Shown: piece by piece, positions 58,664 through 64,000 of the stretch | How positions within the stretch are numbered: position 1 is the stretch's first letter | How the letters are laid out: every line of letters starts with the position of its first letter | Assembly (NCBI GenBank): GCA_963844035.1 | Contig: CAWJMT010000012.1 | Coordinates: 1 to 64,000, forward strand | Length of the DNA: 64,000 nt | Direction of reading: 5' to 3' | DNA from: an uncultured Gemmatimonadales bacterium | GTDB taxonomy: Bacteria; Gemmatimonadota; Gemmatimonadetes; Gemmatimonadales; GWC2-71-9 | The notes under the pieces: generated by a model | Seen by the model: only the letters and a program-made list of their open reading frames with translations | The model's database searches: none | Told to the model about the DNA's origin: nothing | Position numbers and translations under genes: made by a program

Positions 58664-59710
58664 ATGGCGGGCGGGGCCCGAAGGTCGGCATGCCTGGCGT
58701 TGCTGGCCGTAGTTGCGGCGTGCGGCGCACAATCCGAGCGCGCCCTTCGGGAAGCCGAGCAGGCTGACGAAGCGCCGCCCGAGTCGAGTTCGCAGACTCC
58801 GCAGCCCCCGTCAGAAATCCGGGGTTCAGCACGTGTGTTCGTCGGATCGCTCCGCAAGGACGCCTTGCTGGTGCACCCCGTTGCCTATGGTCAAGGTGCA
58901 TGGACCGGATGGCCCGACACTCTCCCGGTCCCGGTCGATTGGACGGTCTACGGCTACGATGGCTCTGTGCGCCCCCTGAAAGTCGGAGCAGGGCGAGCGA
59001 TTGCTGATGACGACTACGACGGCTGGGGCTACGCGACGGAGTACCCGGTCGACACGACGGATTCCCATTATGCTCCTCGGCCCAGGGTCGGGCTCGCGGT
59101 CGCCGGCGGTGGGCCGCTCTATCTGTTGACACGAGTGGACAGCACCTCCAGCCAGTGGAGCGCAGTCGCGCCGACCGTTCGGTCGGCCTTTGATGACCAG
59201 GAGCAGCGCGCCATCGCGGCCGCGTTCGTCCGAGCGATTTGCGCTCACACTCCTCAAGGGGCCGATTGTGATGCAGGGGCGGAACGCGCGCGCCTGATCC
59301 GAGAGGGGGTAGTTCCCGGGGGATACCCCGTCGACGCGGCGAACCGAGCCACGGTGAAGTTCGAGCATTTCGTGATCAGCGCGACCTCGGTGCTTCCGGG
59401 AGGACTGACCTTTTATCACGTGCACGTGGTTCGGTATTACCCGGATCCGCAGCACAAGACCTGCGCGAGGTCGTTCTTTGACGCGAATCTTGTGACCCGC
59501 ACGGGGAAGGTGACCGTCACCGACATCGAATTCCAGTTACCGGATTGCGACGGTGTAGGGTTGCAGGGCGTCACGCCAATCGCCGTGATGGTGTTGGAGA
59601 ATCGGCCCTATGTGATTGCCGAGAAGTGGGCGTGGGAAGAGCACGAAGACATCGTTCGCGAGCTGACCGACACAGGCCTGATCAGTCCCCCTCGGTTGAG
59701 GCTGCAATGA
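58664..59710 (+). CDS. Uncharacterised lipoprotein
   Basis: 348-aa ORF with VVAAC lipobox; more A/T-ending codons than its neighbours. Confidence 0.75.
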   Translation: MAGGARRSACLALLAVVAACGAQSERALREAEQADEAPPESSSQTPQPPSEIRGSARVFVGSLRKDALLVHPVAYGQGAWTGWPDTLPVPVDWTVYGYDGSVRPLKVGAGRAIADDDYDGWGYATEYPVDTTDSHYAPRPRVGLAVAGGGPLYLLTRVDSTSSQWSAVAPTVRSAFDDQEQRAIAAAFVRAICAHTPQGADCDAGAERARLIREGVVPGGYPVDAANRATVKFEHFVISATSVLPGGLTFYHVHVVRYYPDPQHKTCARSFFDANLVTRTGKVTVTDIEFQLPDCDGVGLQGVTPIAVMVLENRPYVIAEKWAWEEHEDIVRELTDTGLISPPRLRLQ

Positions 59711-59802
59711 CGCCGGTGGTCCAGGTGCGCCGGCTGCCGCACCACGACAGATGCCCCCCTCGGGCCCGCGGGCGGATCGCAGCGCTGGGACTCGCACGGT
59801 GA
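59707..59802 (+). pseudogene. Duplicated dut 5' remnant forming a 31-aa mini-ORF
   Basis: [13 protein letters not shown] matches the dut start [14 protein letters not shown] at 60908; ATGA and GTGA overlaps at its two ends. Confidence 0.8.
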
Positions 59803-60911
59803 TCGTCGGCGTGCCGAAGGAGATCAAGGGAGGCGAGTGCCGAGTGGCCCTCGTCCCCGCCGGAGCGGAGTCGCTGGTTTCCGACGGCCATACGGTGCTG
59901 GTGGAGCAGGACGCCGGACTCGGCTCGGGGTTTCCGGACGAGGCCTACCGCGGAGTGGGGGCCACGCTCGTCCCCGGCGCCCCCGAGATATGGGCCAAGG
60001 CCGGGCTGGTGATCAAGGTCAAAGAGCCGATCGAGACCGAATGGCCGATGTTGCGCCGCGGCCAGGTCGTCTTCACCTACTTCCATTTCGCTGCCTCAGA
60101 GCCCCTCACGCGGGCCGTCCTCAAGTCCGGGACGGTGGCGGTCGCATACGAGACGGTGCAGCTCGACTCGGGCGAGCTGCCCCTGCTTACGCCTATGAGC
60201 GAAGTGGCGGGCCGGATGGCAGTGCAGGAAGGGGCGAAGTACATCGAGAAGGTGTACGGGGGCAGCGGGATCCTGCTGGGCGGCGTGCCGGGGGTGCTGC
60301 CGGCGGAGGTGGTGATCCTCGGGGGCGGCACGGTGGGCACGCAGGCCGCGAAGATGGCGGCGGGGCTCGGCGCCCACGTCACGCTGCTCGACGTTTCGCT
60401 CCACCGGCTGCGATACCTCGCGGATGTCCTCCCGGCCAACGTGGATGTCGTGTATTCCAATCGCCACACGATACTGGAGCAGCTGGCCAAGGCCGACGTC
60501 GTGATCGGCGCCGTGCTGCTGCCGGGCGCGAAGGCGCCGCGGCTCGTACAGCGGGCCGACTTGAAGGTCATGAAACCGGGCTCGGTGATCGTGGATGTGG
60601 CGGTGGACCAGGGCGGCTGCTTCGAGACGATCAAGCCCACCACACACGAAAAGCCGACCTACGTGCTCGACGGCATCGTTCATTACGCCGTCACCAACAT
60701 GCCGGGCGCGGTGCCTCGCACCTCGACGCTCGCGCTCACCAACGCCACGTTCCCGTACGCGCGTCGCCTGGCCGCCCATGGATGGAAGCAAGCGTGCCGC
60801 GACGATCACGCGCTGCTGCTCGGGCTGAACGTGGTCGAGGGGAGTGTCGTCTACGCCGGGGTTGCCGAGGCGTTCGGGCTGCCGCTCGTAGATCCCAGGA
60901 CGCTGACATGA
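59799..60911 (+). CDS. ald: Alanine dehydrogenase
   Basis: IVGVPKEIK, KVKEP, FTYFHFA, PMSEVAGRM, VDVAVDQGGC, NMPGAVPRTST. Confidence 0.96.
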   Translation: MIVGVPKEIKGGECRVALVPAGAESLVSDGHTVLVEQDAGLGSGFPDEAYRGVGATLVPGAPEIWAKAGLVIKVKEPIETEWPMLRRGQVVFTYFHFAASEPLTRAVLKSGTVAVAYETVQLDSGELPLLTPMSEVAGRMAVQEGAKYIEKVYGGSGILLGGVPGVLPAEVVILGGGTVGTQAAKMAAGLGAHVTLLDVSLHRLRYLADVLPANVDVVYSNRHTILEQLAKADVVIGAVLLPGAKAPRLVQRADLKVMKPGSVIVDVAVDQGGCFETIKPTTHEKPTYVLDGIVHYAVTNMPGAVPRTSTLALTNATFPYARRLAAHGWKQACRDDHALLLGLNVVEGSVVYAGVAEAFGLPLVDPRTLT

Positions 60912-61355
60912 CGCCGCCGGTCGTTCAGGTGCGGCGGCTGCCGCACCACGAGGGATTGCCCATGCCGGCGCGCCAGACCGCGGGCTCGGCCGGCTACGAC
61001 GTCTACAGCGCCGACCCTGACTTCCAGATCGCCCCCATGGAACGCCGGCTGGTACGCACCGGCCTCGCGCTCGCGATCCCGGCGGGTTTCGAAGCCCAGG
61101 TGCGCCCGCGCTCCGGGCCTCGCCATCAAGCAGGGTCTCACCCTGCCCAACACCCCCGCCACGATCGACTCCGACTACCGCGGCGAGCTGATGATCGGCT
61201 TGATCAACCTCGGCACCGAGCCCGTGGCGGTCACACGCGGCATGCGTATCGCACAGCTCGTGTTCCAGCGGGTGGAGCAGGTGGAGCTTGTCGAGGTGGA
61301 GGAGCTGCCCGAGAGCGGCCGCGGAGCGGGCGGGTTCGGGAGCACGGGAGCGTGA
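60908..61355 (+). CDS. dut: dUTP diphosphatase (frameshift near 61116)
   Basis: [37 protein letters not shown]. Confidence 0.95.
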
Positions 61356-62052
61356 ATCCCGTGAGATGGATGACGACCGTTCGCGTGGGCGGGCTCGCGC
61401 TCATCGTCGGTGCGATCAAGTTCATGGCCGTGTTCGCATTTCTCGCGGCACGGTTCGACTACCCCGCCGTGCTCGACGGCACGGCGGACGTGGTGTTGCC
61501 CCGACTCCTGGCGACCGGCGCCGCCGGCCGTGCGGCGTGGGCGCTGTATGCGTTCCTGCCCCTGATCTGGATCCCGGCGGGGGTCGGCGCGTATCGCGCG
61601 CTGCGGGGCTCGCATCCGGGAGCCATGCTGCTCGCGCTGCAGTGCGCCGTGCTCGCAGCGATCTGCCATGATGCTCGGCCTGATGCGCTGGCCGACCATC
61701 CACTGGCATCTAGCCCAACTGCACGCGACCGCCAACCCCGAGCAGCAGCAGGTGATCGCGGCGCTGTTCGACGGCCTCAATACCTACCTCGGGAACTACA
61801 TCGGCGAGTTCCTGGGCGAGCTGAGCTTCAACATGTTCTTCCTGCTCTCGGCGTGGGCGCTGTTGCGGTCGCGCGCGGCACCGGCCGGGATCGGCGGGCG
61901 CCGGCCTGGTGGTCGCCGCAATGGGATTCGTCGGCATGTTTCGCAACGTCACGGTCGCCGTGGCGCCCGTTTCCGCCATCAACAACTACCTGCTGCCGCT
62001 CTGGATGATCGTGTTCGGCGTCGTGCTGTTCCGCCTCCCGGACCAGAAATGA
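61352..62052 (+). CDS. DUF4386-like membrane protein (frameshifts near 61665, 61895)
   Basis: [27 protein letters not shown]; several TM segments. Confidence 0.72.
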
Positions 62053-64000
62053 CCCAGTTGAACTTTAGCGGCGTCGGCGTCGATTTCGGCGCCACGACGC
62101 TGTTTTCGGACGTCACCTTCACGGTGGCGCGCGGGCGAGCGCTGGGGCATCGTGGGCCGGAACGGCACCGGGAAGACGACGCTGTTCCGCCTGGTGACCG
62201 GGCGAGCTCGAGCCGACGCGCGGCACGGTCGCGCGTGCGCCCGGGCTGCGGGTGTCGCTGCTCGAGCAACACCGCGACTTCGGAGCGGCGACGACGGTGT
62301 GGGCGGCGGCGGCCGGGGGGCTGGCCGACCTGCTGGCCCTGGAGCAGTCCCTGGAGAAGCAGGCGGCGGCGCTCGCGCACGACGCGTCGCCCCAGGCGCT
62401 GCACCGCTACGGGGAGGACCTGGAGCGGTTCGAGCGGGAAGGCGGCTACGCCGTCACCTCGCGCATCGACACGGTGCTGCAGGGCCTCGAGTTCGATCCC
62501 GTGCAGGCTCGCGTCACGCCGCTCTCGGCGCTGAGCGGCGGCGAGCTGGGCCGCATCGGTCTGGCCCGCCAGCTCATGACCACCGCCGACGTGCTGCTGC
62601 TCGACGAGCCCACGAACCACCTGGACCTCGAGACCACTCGCTGGCTCGAGCAATACCTTGCCGCGAGTGAGCGGACCGTGCTGCTCGTGAGCCATGACCG
62701 CGCGTTCCTGGCGGGCACGGTCGATCACGTCCTGCACTTCGAGGGCGACACCGCCACCGCCGTACACGGGGGGCTACGCGGCGTTCGTGGTCCAACGCGC
62801 CGAGCGCCGGCTGGCGCAGCAGCGGGCCTATGAGCAGCAGCAGCGGGTGGTCGCGCACGAGCAGGACTACATCGCCCGCAACATCGCCGGCCAGAACAGC
62901 AAGCAGGCGAAGGGGCGGCGCAAGCGCCTCGAGAGCCTGCCGCGGCTCAGTCCGGTGGTGTCGGCCGACGGCACCATGGCGCTGCGGTTCGAGGTCGCCG
63001 AGCGGGGTGGCGACCAGGTGCTGAACGCCAAGGATGTGAGTGTCGGGGTCGGCGTCCCGCACGCTGGTCGAGCGGTTCAGCGGGACGCTGGAGCGGACCG
63101 GCGTCCTGGGGATCATCGGACCGAACGGGGCGGGGAAGTCCACGCTGCTCAAGGCGCTGCTGGGGGAGCACCCGACGCTCGGCGGCGAGCTGCGGCTCGG
63201 CGCTTCGATCACGGTCGGGTACTACCGGCAGGATCTGTCACAGGTGCCGTTGAAAAAGGCGGTCTACGACGTCATCGCCGACATGCGCCCGTTGTGGGAG
63301 CGCGGGCGCATCCAGGGGCACCTGGGGCGCTTCGGGTTCTCCGGCAAGGAGGTGCTGCGGCGCGCCGACACGCTGTCAGGCGGCGAGCGGGCCCGCCTCG
63401 CGTTGGCGATCCTGATGTTGTCGCGGGCCAACCTCCTGGTGCTCGACGAGCCGACCAATCATCTCGATGTGGAATCGATCGAAGCGCTCGAGGACGCCAT
63501 CCAGGAGTACGACGGCACGGTGATCCTGGTGAGCCACGACCGGGAGCTGCTGCGCGCGCTGACGACGCGGCATCTGGGTCCTGCACGAGCGGCGGATGAC
63601 CGAGTTCGCCGGCGGGTTCGCCGAGTGGGAGGAAGTGAGCACGGAGCGCGCGCACGCCGCGGCGGTACGCGCCGCCGAGGATCAGGCGCTGCGGCAGGTC
63701 CATGAGCGCCAGCGCGTGGCCGCTCCGCGAAGGGGGATGCGGCGCCGACGACCCGCGCAAGGCGCTGCGCCGCGCGCAGCGCGATCTGGAGGAGGCGGAG
63801 GCGGCGGTGGCGGAGCTCGAAGCTCGGATCGCGCCGGTGGTCGCCGCGCTCGAAGACCCGGCGCTGTACACGCGCCCCGACGGCGCCGCGACGGCCCGCA
63901 AGCTCGGCGCCGAGCTCGAGACGCTGAAGCGTGATCTCGATGCGGCGCTCGAGCGGTGGACCCAGGCTACCGAGCGGGTGGAGACCCTGGCTAAGGCGCC
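62049..64000 (+). CDS. ABC-F family ATPase, runs off the window end (several frameshifts)
   Basis: Two ABC domains: [47 protein letters not shown]-terminal coiled coil. Confidence 0.92.

Overview
High-GC bacterial chromosome segment, most likely Gemmatimonadota (inferred from gene order and protein families, not from a database search). Most of it is housekeeping backbone on the + strand: rsmA-rex-arcA; infC-rpmI-rplT-pheST-zapA-folD-xseAB-ispA-dxs-nadK-recN; tyrA-aroA-cmk-rpsA; an acyl-CoA carboxylase cluster; rplM-rpsI-rpsB-tsf-pyrH-frr-uppS-cdsA-dxr-rseP; and rpsO-pnp-M16 peptidase-ald-dut-ABC-F. An accessory block (about 18.4-33.4 kb) holds lipid-uptake genes, two TonB-dependent receptors with a RAPP-motif leader peptide, a CDF transporter, tRNA-Leu(UAA), three tandem paralogous lipoproteins, an M48 peptidase and two zinc-ribbon paralogues. 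More than 25 genes, including essential ones, carry single-base frameshifts, which I read as uncorrected long-read indels, so those coordinates are reconstructed by hand and approximate. The most unusual signal is a dispersed set of at least 13 short tandem arrays with 7- or 8-nt period and mostly about 4 units per arm, from several sequence families, often as inverted pairs. They sit in-frame in core enzymes, inside leader RNAs, around terminators and next to promoters, and several are flanked by locally A/T-shifted codon usage. Other highlights: a CxxH variant of a metal-sensing ribosome-arrest leader, an RlmD homologue lacking its catalytic Cys, a duplicated dut 5' end that keeps translational coupling around ald, recurrent leaderless TANNNT promoters, and a USP/PP2C chimeric junction at the window start.
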